From the NCBI GenBank assembly GCA_965202585.1, contig OZ241826.1, positions 31,124,001 through 31,188,000 on the forward strand: a DNA stretch of 64,000 nucleotides, given 5' to 3'. The notes beneath the pieces were generated by a model. The model searched no databases and was not told where the DNA came from. It saw nothing but the letters and a program-made list of their open reading frames with translations. The position numbers were made by a program, and so were the translations under genes. The DNA is from Thalia democratica (lineage: Eukaryota). Position 1 is the first letter of the stretch. The number at the start of each line of letters is the position of its first letter. This document shows positions 10,750 through 19,649 of this stretch, piece by piece.

Positions 10750-11217
10750 AATTAAAACAAAATTGAAGTAACATTGTTTTATAAACTAACGAAGAAAAAA
10801 TTTATTACAGGCAAATACCATGATGCAATAATAACTGATTAATGCTGGTTTCACTTGAAGTCAAGAAAGAAAGGTAAATTTTAATTCTAGTTTTTATTAA
10901 TTATTAAATATATTAATATTTTTTTGCATTAATTAAGCCGACTAGTTTTCTTCTTGTATAGATTATTAGCGACATACGGTGCACACAGAAAATACAATAT
11001 AGAGCTTGAAAAATGAGAGATATGTAACTCTTCAAGGCTGATTTGTGACAATTTTATAATAATAACCATTAAAACTGACGATTTAAGTCAACATATTTTA
11101 TAATTAAAAAAATTTTTAATACTTACCAGATTTCTTTGAGAACAAACGCTTCAAATAATCAATGGACTACACAAACATAAGTATTAGGTAAGAAATTTTT
11201 CTTGAGAATAAAGTAAG

Positions 11218-11331
11218 CGCAAATAAGTTCCAAAGCTTTATTTAATTGAGTATTTGGCGTTCCCTTTGCGAAAATTAAAATTCTTGGCTTGCTATGTGTT
11301 TTTCACTTAATTTTAAATGTGAACTACATAC
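11218..11331 (+). ncRNA. SNORA10/snR37-like H/ACA copy 3
   Basis: 5' hairpin identical to 7852; 3' upper stem altered. Confidence 0.75.
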
Positions 11332-11520
11332 GTTGTCAATAGACATTTTATTGAATGTAATATTTTTAATATGTATATATTTATAACCTATGTTTGATTT
11401 TACAATAATTTTACAGAACACAGTAGGAAACCACCACTCGAAGTACTTGTTGTTGATTCATTTAGTTTCAAGGTGAGTTGCATTATTAAATTTTATTATA
11501 ATTTTTTTTTTAAATATCTT

Positions 11521-11580
11521 AAACATGATAGAAAATTTTTGTATCTGATTTCACTGACGATACACCCAGCTCTCTGAAAA
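11521..11580 (+). ncRNA. snR69-like C/D copy 2
   Basis: Near-identical to 8158-8218. Confidence 0.7.
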
Positions 11581-11759
11581 TTAAAAAAAAAAAACATTTT
11601 TAAGAAAAAATAATAAAATCATTGATTAAAAAGTTTTTCTGTTTCAGATACCTGCCAGCGACCACCAAATAAGATCAAACATGGCTGAGCAGTTATTCAC
11701 AGTTTACTTTCAGTGGTAAGTAAAATTTTATATTATAACATGTATATTTTTAATTAAAT

Positions 11760-11824
11760 TGTCAATGATGACTTCAATGTCGCCCCAGTCTGAATACAAC
11801 TGACGACTGACTTGTTCTGAAACT
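11760..11824 (+). ncRNA. SNORD31: U31 copy 2
   Basis: Same guide and boxes as 8403. Confidence 0.85.
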
Positions 11825-11982
11825 AAAATTTGAAATTGAAATAATATTTAAACTTTTATATACACTATTGAAAACAATATATTTTCAGGACTTTTCGTTC
11901 AAACGTCTATAGTGGAAACAAATCATCATTTAGAAAAAGTAAGTTTTTATATTACTACTTAATAATAAACTATTAACAAATA

Positions 11983-12108
11983 GCTAACATGATGTTAAAA
12001 CTTTGTGTATGAGTGAATCAGTTATTTGTCATCAAGCTAGAAATAGCTGAACCCAATGGCAAGGCTGTTTTGCTGAGATTTTAAATGGTTTATTACCAGT
12101 CTGATAGC
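11983..12108 (+). ncRNA. Long orphan C/D RNA copy 2
   Basis: C ATGATGT, D CTGA 12101, same internal hairpin. Confidence 0.7.
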
Positions 12109-12284
12109 ATTAAATAAAAGTTCATAATTTTTTTAAATTATTTAATTATTAAAGCATTATATAATTACAGGTTACCAGTGGTTGAAAACATTGAACTTAA
12201 TGAAGCAAATGTTGTCATTCCCAACTTTAAAAAAGGTCAGTTTCTAAAATATTTTTGTGTAAACAATTTTATCATATTTTGTAC

Positions 12285-12379
12285 AACTGCAATGATGATG
12301 TTTCCACGTTCGCAGTTTCCACTGAATACTTTTTAAAAGTAAATGACAGCGAAAATCTTCCTTGGATGTCTGAGCAGTT
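12285..12379 (+). ncRNA. SNORD14: U14 snoRNA copy 4
   Basis: Domains A and B intact. Confidence 0.95.
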
Positions 12380-12527
12380 ATATATTTAATTAATGAGAAT
12401 TATTAAGTTATACCCATAAAAACTCAAAATTAATACTATCATTTTTACAGGCTGAAAGTTGATGCCACAAAATCACAAACAGAAAGTAAGGCAAAATTTA
12501 CAGTAGTTTTTCTAAATATAAACATTT

Positions 12528-12597
12528 AAGCAATGATGATTTTGTCTCGTTCGTCAGATAAATTTTGTTGACTCATTCTCTAAGAAGTCCTGAGCTT
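12528..12597 (+). ncRNA. SNORD61: U61 C/D snoRNA, dual guide (18S Um1442 and Am1383 human equivalents), copy 1
   Basis: CTCTAAGAAGT-C-CTGA pairs ACUUCUUAGAG; GTCTCGTTCGT-CAGA pairs ACGAACGAGAC. Confidence 0.85.
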
Positions 12598-12787
12598 TAC
12601 ATAAATCAGTTATTAATATTACTTGTAGTTTATATTGAAATAAACCTAATAACTATTTTTATAGATATTTCCATCTAGCTTTACCATCTGATCTTTGAAG
12701 AAACAGTTGGTGTTCAACGGAAGAAAAAAAGAATGTTGATGGTTAGAACAGTTTTAGAATGTATTGTTAAAAATTGTAACTTAGTTA

Positions 12788-12857
12788 AAAAAATGATAAT
12801 AATTACTTCTGGTCCGTGTTTTTGACAACAAATGATAACATAAGAAGCTCTGATAAA
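12788..12857 (+). ncRNA. SNORD18: U18 copy 2
   Basis: Same guide as 5731; C box ATGATAA. Confidence 0.8.
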
Positions 12858-13051
12858 TTTAGTTTACAACAGCTTTCATTAGGTTAATTATATTTGTGTA
12901 TCAATAAATTGATTTAATTGAAAATATTTTCAGGTATGACACATTGGCAACTACCACCCAAAACTCAAGCCATCCTCTCAAAATTACACAGTGAATAGTC
13001 TGAGGTAAGTAGCATATGGTAACTTAAAGTTTATAAACTGAATATGAATAT

Positions 13052-13184
13052 GAACTCAAAAAAGCACCATTATAATGCATATATTACTAGTGGTTGTCGA
13101 AAGGGACTAAATTAATTGTTATATTTGTGGGTGAGTTTGTAAATGTTCATGTATTTATTTTACTCAAGAATATAACATACATTT
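13052..13184 (+). ncRNA. psi2865/psi2923 H/ACA snoRNA copy 2
   Basis: Near-identical to 5948-6079; the 5' lower-stem arm is mutated (GAACTC vs GTCCTC). Confidence 0.7.
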
Positions 13185-13342
13185 GCATGTCAATGTTATT
13201 AAAATTTTATTCACCTAATTTAAAATAGTAACTTATTAAAATTAGTTTTTGTAGCGTTAGAAGTTTGATGATAAAGCAGAAACCCTGAAGTAATCTCTCA
13301 AATTGTTAGTTTTCAACCTTTTCTATTTTAAACTTGAGTTAG

Positions 13343-13406
13343 AGCTATGATGATGTTTTGATAGGGACAACTGATATTCTGTGATTATTTATCGTTTTCT
13401 GAGCTT
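13343..13406 (+). ncRNA. SNORD74: U74 copy 2
   Basis: Near-identical to 6259-6325. Confidence 0.85.
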
Positions 13407-13581
13407 ATGTTAATTCACAGTATTTAATGATAGTTTATATATAAAGTGCAATAAAAACATAATTTTACAGTGACGAAATTTGGATACAATTATTGCTGTT
13501 TCCATACAAAAGCAACAATATTACAGGTAAGAACTGTTGTGTTCATTAAGTATTCAATATTTATTATATTAAAATAGTTTT

Positions 13582-13648
13582 ATAGTATGATGAGATTAAA
13601 GGCATAGTTCAACTGAATTAATGGGATGACAACTTACTTTACTAATTA
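13582..13648 (+). ncRNA. SNORD77: U77-like copy 2 with degenerate D box (CTAA)
   Basis: Guide GGCATAGTTCA retained; D box mutated. Confidence 0.6.
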
Positions 13649-13821
13649 AAATTTAAACTTAATTCCATTTGGTGCTTTCTTTTTTATAAAAAGATCAATG
13701 TTTTTTTTTTACAGATTGCCATTCTAATTGATGAGGTCAAATTTTGAGGCGTCAATATCTCACCAAATTGTCAAGTCACCACAAAATTGTAAGTTCGTTT
13801 TGAATAAATGTTTCTAAAAAT

Positions 13822-13933
13822 TGCAAACAAGTTCCAAGGCTTTATTTAATTGAGTATTTGGCGTTCCCTTTGCGAAAATAAAAATTCTTGGCTTGCTATG
13901 TGTTTTTCACCAGCTTAAATGTGATCTACATAC
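13822..13933 (+). ncRNA. SNORA10/snR37-like H/ACA copy 4
   Basis: Near-identical to 7852-7963. Confidence 0.8.
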
Positions 13934-14115
13934 GTTGTCAATTGACATTTCATTAAATGAATTTTTTTTTTATGCCAATAAGGATAATTTTATTATTTTT
14001 CTAACAGTTAATTCTTTTTCAGAATCAATAAAGGAATACAGATCTTCAATTAGTCTGTACTGTACAGAAACAGCAGGTAAATGTAATACTTTTTTTTACA
14101 AAAGTTCTTATGTTA

Positions 14116-14251
14116 GGCATTGGTATTGAGTTTTAGCTATTTTTGTTGGTAAATAGATAAAAATTATCCGATGCTATAGAAATATCAGAGAGAAATGTGT
14201 AATTGTTGCTTATAATATGAGTGAATAATATAAGGGATCTCTCATACATTT
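14116..14251 (+). ncRNA. H/ACA snoRNA guiding 18S psi1244 (SNORA36/snR36 site) and psi1692 (SNORA70 site), human numbering
   Basis: TTGAGT/AATTA pair UAAUU-UG-ACUCAA, 14 nt from H box ATAGAA (14176). TGTGTA/AAGGG pair CCCUU-UG-UACACA, 14 nt from ACA (14246). Confidence 0.8.
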
Positions 14252-14412
14252 GTATTTAATAATATTTAGTTTTTCTTTGAAAGTTTCCAAAATTTAATGA
14301 ATTTTTTTTTTTTAGACGCACGTTGAATGTGAATAATCATAAATCACAACGACTCCTTGAAACCAGCTTCCAAAGTAAGAAGATTTTTTTTATATTTATG
14401 CATTAAAAATAC

Positions 14413-14487
14413 AAGCAATGATGATATTTTCTGTCAATCCCCTGAATTGAGATTTTTCATGTTGAAAATTGCTAACTTCCTGAGCTT
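14413..14487 (+). ncRNA. SNORD110: SNORD110-like copy 3
   Basis: Guide and boxes intact. Confidence 0.85.
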
Positions 14488-14668
14488 AGAAATAATAAAA
14501 ATAATTTTATAGACAATAAGTATAATATTGATTACAACTAACTAAACTCAGAAATATTTTTAGGACATCAGGCTTACCTCAAGGAAACTGAGTGGTCTGA
14601 AAAAAGAATTGTATTATATACAACTTCGGTTAGTTGTGATTCAATTTTTATTTTATACATTTGATAAT

Positions 14669-14734
14669 TGTCAATGATGACTTCAATGTCGCCCCAGTCT
14701 GAATATGTTATGACGACTGACTTGTTCTGAAACT
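14669..14734 (+). ncRNA. SNORD31: U31 copy 3
   Basis: Guide and boxes intact. Confidence 0.85.
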
Positions 14735-14887
14735 AAGTAAAATAACTGATTGAAAACTTATTTTATTAAATAATATTTATTAAGTAAAATTTTCAGATCC
14801 TTACCCTCGGATATTCAAAATGAAATACAATCGATTAAATCAAGTAAGTTTTATATTGATAACTATATATTAGATAATTGATAAGAA

Positions 14888-15011
14888 GCTAAAATGATGT
14901 TGACAATTATAATGAGTGAATCGGTTATTTGTCATTAAGCTAGAAATAGCTGAACCCAATGGCAAGGCTGTTTTGCTAAGATTTTAAATGGTTTTTTACT
15001 AGTCTGATAGC
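14888..15011 (+). ncRNA. Long orphan C/D RNA copy 3
   Basis: Same internal hairpin; D CTGA 15004. Confidence 0.7.
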
Positions 15012-15192
15012 AATAAATAAAAGTCATAATATATTCAAAGTTAAAATAATTATTAAAAGCATAACTTAATTACAGGCTGCAACTAATTGATTGAGGAAAC
15101 TTACTGTAACCACCATCAGATTTCAACTTTTATTATTAGGTTAGTATTTTTGTACTATTTTCATACTATTCAAACTTGAGCAAATATTTTAA

Positions 15193-15287
15193 AACTGCAA
15201 TGATGATGTTTCCACGTTCGCAGTTTCCACTGAATACTTAAAAAAAGTAAATGACAGCGAAAATCTTCCTTGGATGTCTGAGCAGTT
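15193..15287 (+). ncRNA. SNORD14: U14 snoRNA copy 5
   Basis: Domains A and B intact. Confidence 0.95.
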
Positions 15288-15467
15288 TTATATTAAGTTA
15301 TAATATTGAGTATTTTTAAGTTAAACTTTGAACATACCTTGAACCAAAACTTGAAAATTAAAAATATTATTTTTACAGGCTGAACGACTACTGCAAGTTG
15401 ATGCTACAAAATCACAAACAAAAAGTAAGTCGTATTTTTATTATAATTTAAAAAAATAAATAATTTT

Positions 15468-15538
15468 AAAGCAATGATGATTCTGTCTCGTTCGTCAGAT
15501 AAATTTTGTTGACCTTTTCTCTAAGAAGTCCTGAGTTT
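15468..15538 (+). ncRNA. SNORD61: U61 dual-guide copy 2
   Basis: Both guides conserved relative to 12528. Confidence 0.85.
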
Positions 15539-15716
15539 AATTAATTAATTTATAGTTTAACTTGCCAAATTGGACAATCTTGGTTTACAATGATTAAATT
15601 ATTTGTAGATAGTAATGCTGGCTAGGTGTGCGGTTTTGATGTACAAGCTTATCATTCTAATGGTCAAGTATACAAAGGTTATTTGATTATTTGTTAGTTT
15701 AACTTTATTTATAAAT

Positions 15717-15791
15717 AAGCATTGATGATAATTTCTGTCAATCCCCAGAAATGAGATTTTTTCATGTTGACAATTGCTAACTACCTGAGCT
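15717..15791 (+). ncRNA. SNORD110: SNORD110-like copy 4
   Basis: Guide intact, D' CAGA. Confidence 0.8.
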
Positions 15792-15973
15792 CAAAAACGA
15801 TTAAAAAATTTGATAAATTTTAAAACACGCTAAATATAAATTTAGTTGATACATATGATTAAATTTAATATATTTACAGCACAGATGGATATCATGGTTA
15901 CTCTGTGGAAAACATGAAAAAGGGAACACCAGGTAAATTTTAATTTAGATCTTGTTACATTATATAAATTATT

Positions 15974-16038
15974 TGTCAATGATGACTTCAATGTCGCCCC
16001 AGTCTGAATACAACTGACGACTGACTTGTTCTGAAATT
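15974..16038 (+). ncRNA. SNORD31: U31 copy 4
   Basis: Identical core to 11760. Confidence 0.85.
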
Positions 16039-16223
16039 AAATTTATAACAATAAAAATTAAGATTGATTTTGCACGTTGATAAAATATTTTTTGTTTTCA
16101 GGTATCTTTTTCTGTACAACAAATGATCACCTGTTGAGACAAATATCAAAACACGGCCCACCAGTGCCGAGGTAAATAATTTACCTTTTATACAATGATT
16201 ATATAACTGATATTTAAAATAAT

Positions 16224-16294
16224 TTACAATGATGATTATTTTATACCATCTTTCGACTGAATACAATAAATGTCGAAGACTACTATCTGACACA
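16224..16294 (+). ncRNA. U51/U32/snR39-59-like C/D snoRNA (28S Am807 yeast equivalent)
   Basis: ACCATCTTTCG-A-CTGA pairs 28S CGAAAGAUGGU; C 16229; D 16287. Confidence 0.8.
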
Positions 16295-16452
16295 AAATTT
16301 TTTAATTCAAATGCATAATGAATTTAATTTTCAACAATTAATTAAATTAAATTTTTACAGATCTACAACGTTTGTCGCAAATCCCCATGACACTAGAAGA
16401 TAATAAACATTCAGGTAAGCAATTAAATATAATAAAATAATAAAAGTATAAT

Positions 16453-16525
16453 ACCATAATGATGAGAAATTCCACGAGACATAATGAATAATATTATTGC
16501 TGAGTTGGGTGAGATCCTGAATGGT
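16453..16525 (+). ncRNA. Box C/D snoRNA, weak 18S target prediction
   Basis: ACCA/TGGT stem, C 16459, D 16517; GTTGGGTGAG could pair 18S CUCACCCGGC with wobbles. Confidence 0.6.
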
Positions 16526-16689
16526 TAAATAATTAAATATATTGATTTTTCAATTTAAATTTGATTAGATAATATATTGTTCTTATTTTTACAGATTGCT
16601 GTTGCAACTTGGTACATCTACCTTGGGCGTGTGTACTAAAAAGTAAGTTGTTGATATATCATATTGTATAGTTTAATTAAAAATATAAA

Positions 16690-16817
16690 CGCAAATAAGT
16701 TCCAAAGCTTTATTCAATTGAGTATTTGGCGTTCCCTTTGCGAAAATTAATCAGTTGAGAGCTGTGTAATTGTCAAGTAGATAATGCTTGGATGATATAA
16801 GGATCTCTCAAACATTT
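16690..16817 (+). ncRNA. Chimeric H/ACA snoRNA: SNORA10-like 5' hairpin plus SNORA70-site 3' hairpin
   Basis: 16690-16750 matches 7852-7912; 16751-16817 is homologous to 14185-14251 (GAGAG..TGTGTAATTGT..ATAAGGATCTCTCA-ACA). Confidence 0.75.
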
Positions 16818-17595
16818 TTGAACTAGTAAATTAAGTATATTAGTTTACAATTTCCTGTTTTTACTGAATTTTTAAAACGCAGATGCAGCCACAAGGAGTC
16901 CTCAGCACATGAAGGCGCCTGACGGTTGTTCAACAGATCTCTTAGTTAAATATTTGTTTGTGTGTGAAAATAAACTTGAAAAACTTCGAAACTGTTTGTG
17001 TTGTTTAAAAAATAGTTTACTTTAATGTTTATATTAAGCGCTTTTAAAGAAGTTCAATTGTATCCAAATATAAAGGTCTTCACGTTTGTATAGTAATCTA
17101 AATGATAAGATATCAAAATTCATTCATATTTTGAATACCCTATTGACTTGTAGTGTCGTTTGCGCATATTATAAACCAGTATGTCAGTTTTGTTATATAC
17201 TAAATTATTATCTGTACTGATAGAGCAATGTTTGATAATAAGGTTAAGATTTCTTAGACTAAGTATATGCTTCGCATCAGATTTATTGTAAAAATTCCCT
17301 TCAATAAAAAGTCAATCGCAAGTCGTAAAGTTTTTGAATTTTTTGGATATTTGCATAAATGCGCACCACGTAATACAAATAGGTAGGCAGAACAGAGTAC
17401 TCACACGCGAAAAAGAGCACACCATAAAAATATTTCATGCCTGGTTGTGCTATACCAAAAAAGCACTTTGCCAGTTATATTTACAAACTTCTTTGTAATA
17501 CTTTATGTAAGTTTCAAAAGTATGTGTAAGACCTTTTTGCTCTTCATCATGAACTCTAATATAGTAAAATTTGTTTGGTGACCACCGAATTTTAT

Positions 17596-18197
17596 TTAAG
17601 GGGAGAGGGTGTGGGTAAAACCCTGTTTTTTTTTTTTGAAATTTGATCTTATTTTATATAGTTTTTACTAAGCTACAATAAACTTTTTATAGATTTAGAA
17701 ATTCAAGATAGTTTTGTGATATAGCCGGTAAAGCAACTTCAGGTGTCTTATGGGAGGTGCAAACTAAAATAGCAAAAATATACTATTACACTACAAATCT
17801 ACCTTATACGTTTTTTGAGATAACTACCTAAGAATTGGAAATGTTCCTTATAATATTTAAAAAATTCTGTCAAAACAAAATTTTTAAAAATAAAAGTTCC
17901 ATATAAAAATACGTTTTTTTGTTATACAAATTTTACTCCTAAATATTGGAAGGAATATTTTCAAAAAATATCAGGTAGTTATCTCAAAAACCGTAGGAGA
18001 TAGATTTTTAGTTATTTGCCGTTTTAGTTTGCGCCTCCCATGAAGACCCTATTGTTGCCTCCGGCTTTGACCTGCTATATTTCCAAAATTATTTTGAATT
18101 TTCAAAACCTGTTAGAAGTATCTTGTAGCTTTGTAAAAAAATATAGAATAAGATCAAATTTCAAAAAAAAAAGTGTTTTACTCCCCTATGCCCTCAA
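17596..18197. mobile_element. About 600-bp foldback/MITE with very long imperfect inverted arms
   Basis: Left arm TTAAGGGGAGAGGG..TTTGAAATTTGATCTTATT..GGGAGGTGCAAACTAAAA mirrors right arm TTTTAGTTTGCGCCTCCC..AATAAGATCAAATTTCAAA..CCCTCAA. Confidence 0.75.
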
Positions 18198-19649
18198 CTT
18201 TTTGCAGACAACCTGAAACTAATACAGTATATTCAGTCACTTACCTTATCCAAAACATAGATCCCAGCCGTATCTGGTTGATAGTTCTACAAGGAACTGT
18301 TAATTTAAAGAGTTCATATTCAAGTAATTTTCTCAAATCAGGATCCGGTAGATAATTTATTACTACTACTAACATGTAAATAACTACTATTGTTTATTGT
18401 GCATCAGAAAGCGCTTCAAAAATTTTGTTTAAGGACATGCAGTACGATAAACCGGTTAACGAGTCATACACCAATCACACAGTTTAATGTCATGCCTGTA
18501 CAGATTGTCATTATCAACCACAAGGTTGCCATTAAACTTAAAATGACAACTTCAACAAAATGAATAGATTCGGTGATCACTAAAAATATTAATTAAGATA
18601 TTATTACATATTTAGATATATTGATATTAGATACATTTTAAAAATCACCAAAAAACATGAAACTTCGAACACAACTCACTAAAAAACCAGGAATTTTAAA
18701 CAAGTTTATTAAGAAGTAAAATTTTAAATTTGAAATAGACGTTATACCATATTAGATAATTTATTTTTGTCTTCAAAAGTTTTTAATTTAAAGTAGCTTT
18801 GCAGTATCTTTTCAATGTTTTTATACTGTTTAACTCAGTGTTTTACTAAACTAAAAATAGACCCAGAAAGTATACCATTAAAGCCTGGTGGTGGGAATTC
18901 AGAAAACCTGGAAAAAATGTTTAGCAATCTGGTGGATGCTAAAAGTGTATCATACACAATAGTTTTCCTGTGCTATTTCAACTCAATTATCAAAGGGATT
19001 TTTAAACGCAAAACAGTATCTTAGCCATTATTTTAATTTCAAGACAAACAATAAAAATTGACAAATAGCTAGTGCTTCTGACAATTAGGAAAAGTTTTAA
19101 GAACCCCATAATCAATTCACATTAGAAAATCCGGCTGGAAATCATAACCTGCTGTTTTTAAGTTAACATCAGGGTGACCAATGCATCTTTGAAAGTTTTC
19201 TGATTTTGTTTCAGGATTTCAAAAGTAAATACTGTTTAAAATAGGTAAAAAAAATTAAAACACACAGTAAATTTACTTTATTTTTATAACAGTATAAGAT
19301 ATCATTATTTGAGTCTTTATCTTATTGTTTAAAATGTACTGACTAATTTGTTTCAACTACTACTTAATATTAGTAGAATGATATTTCAATGTTTTGTTTA
19401 TTATCTAAATTAAATTTATTACTAATGGTTAGTGCCTAAACCTTTTATTTAAACTGGTATTATAAATTTTATAAAAAATATTATCAGCTAAAAAACGTAA
19501 AGCAACGCAGAAAACCAAATTTAGTAGCATAACGAACTACAAAAACTGTTACACCTAAATATTTTTCAGTAACTTTTTTTTACTCTCGTACAAAAGAGTC
19601 TTTTGACAAAATTTTTTTTTTATAAAAAATACTGTATGTATAATAAAGT

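Larger units (their letters stand above)
1370..17030 (+). ncRNA. Non-coding multi-exon snoRNA host gene (SNHG/GAS5/UHG-like); 5' end uncertain
   Basis: Regular series of 35-100 nt exons with canonical AG/GT sites, e.g. 5162-5224, 5868-5914, 6151-6222, 7152-7223, 8284-8351, 9576-9665, 12451-12486, 14316-14374, 16361-16414. Last exon from 16883 has AATAAA near 16968. No continuous ORF across exons. Nearly every intron from 5.2 to 16.8 kb holds one snoRNA, with C/D ones ending about 65-85 nt above the acceptor. Upstream exons (1508-1549, 1794-1893, 3295-3371, 4982-5046) are less certain. Confidence 0.85.

Noticed and set aside
7269-16038. Recurrent identical 60-120 nt segments separated by unique sequence (CRISPR-like look)
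   Set aside because: They are intronic snoRNA paralogs in a eukaryotic gene; lengths and spacing are unlike CRISPR and no cas genes are present.
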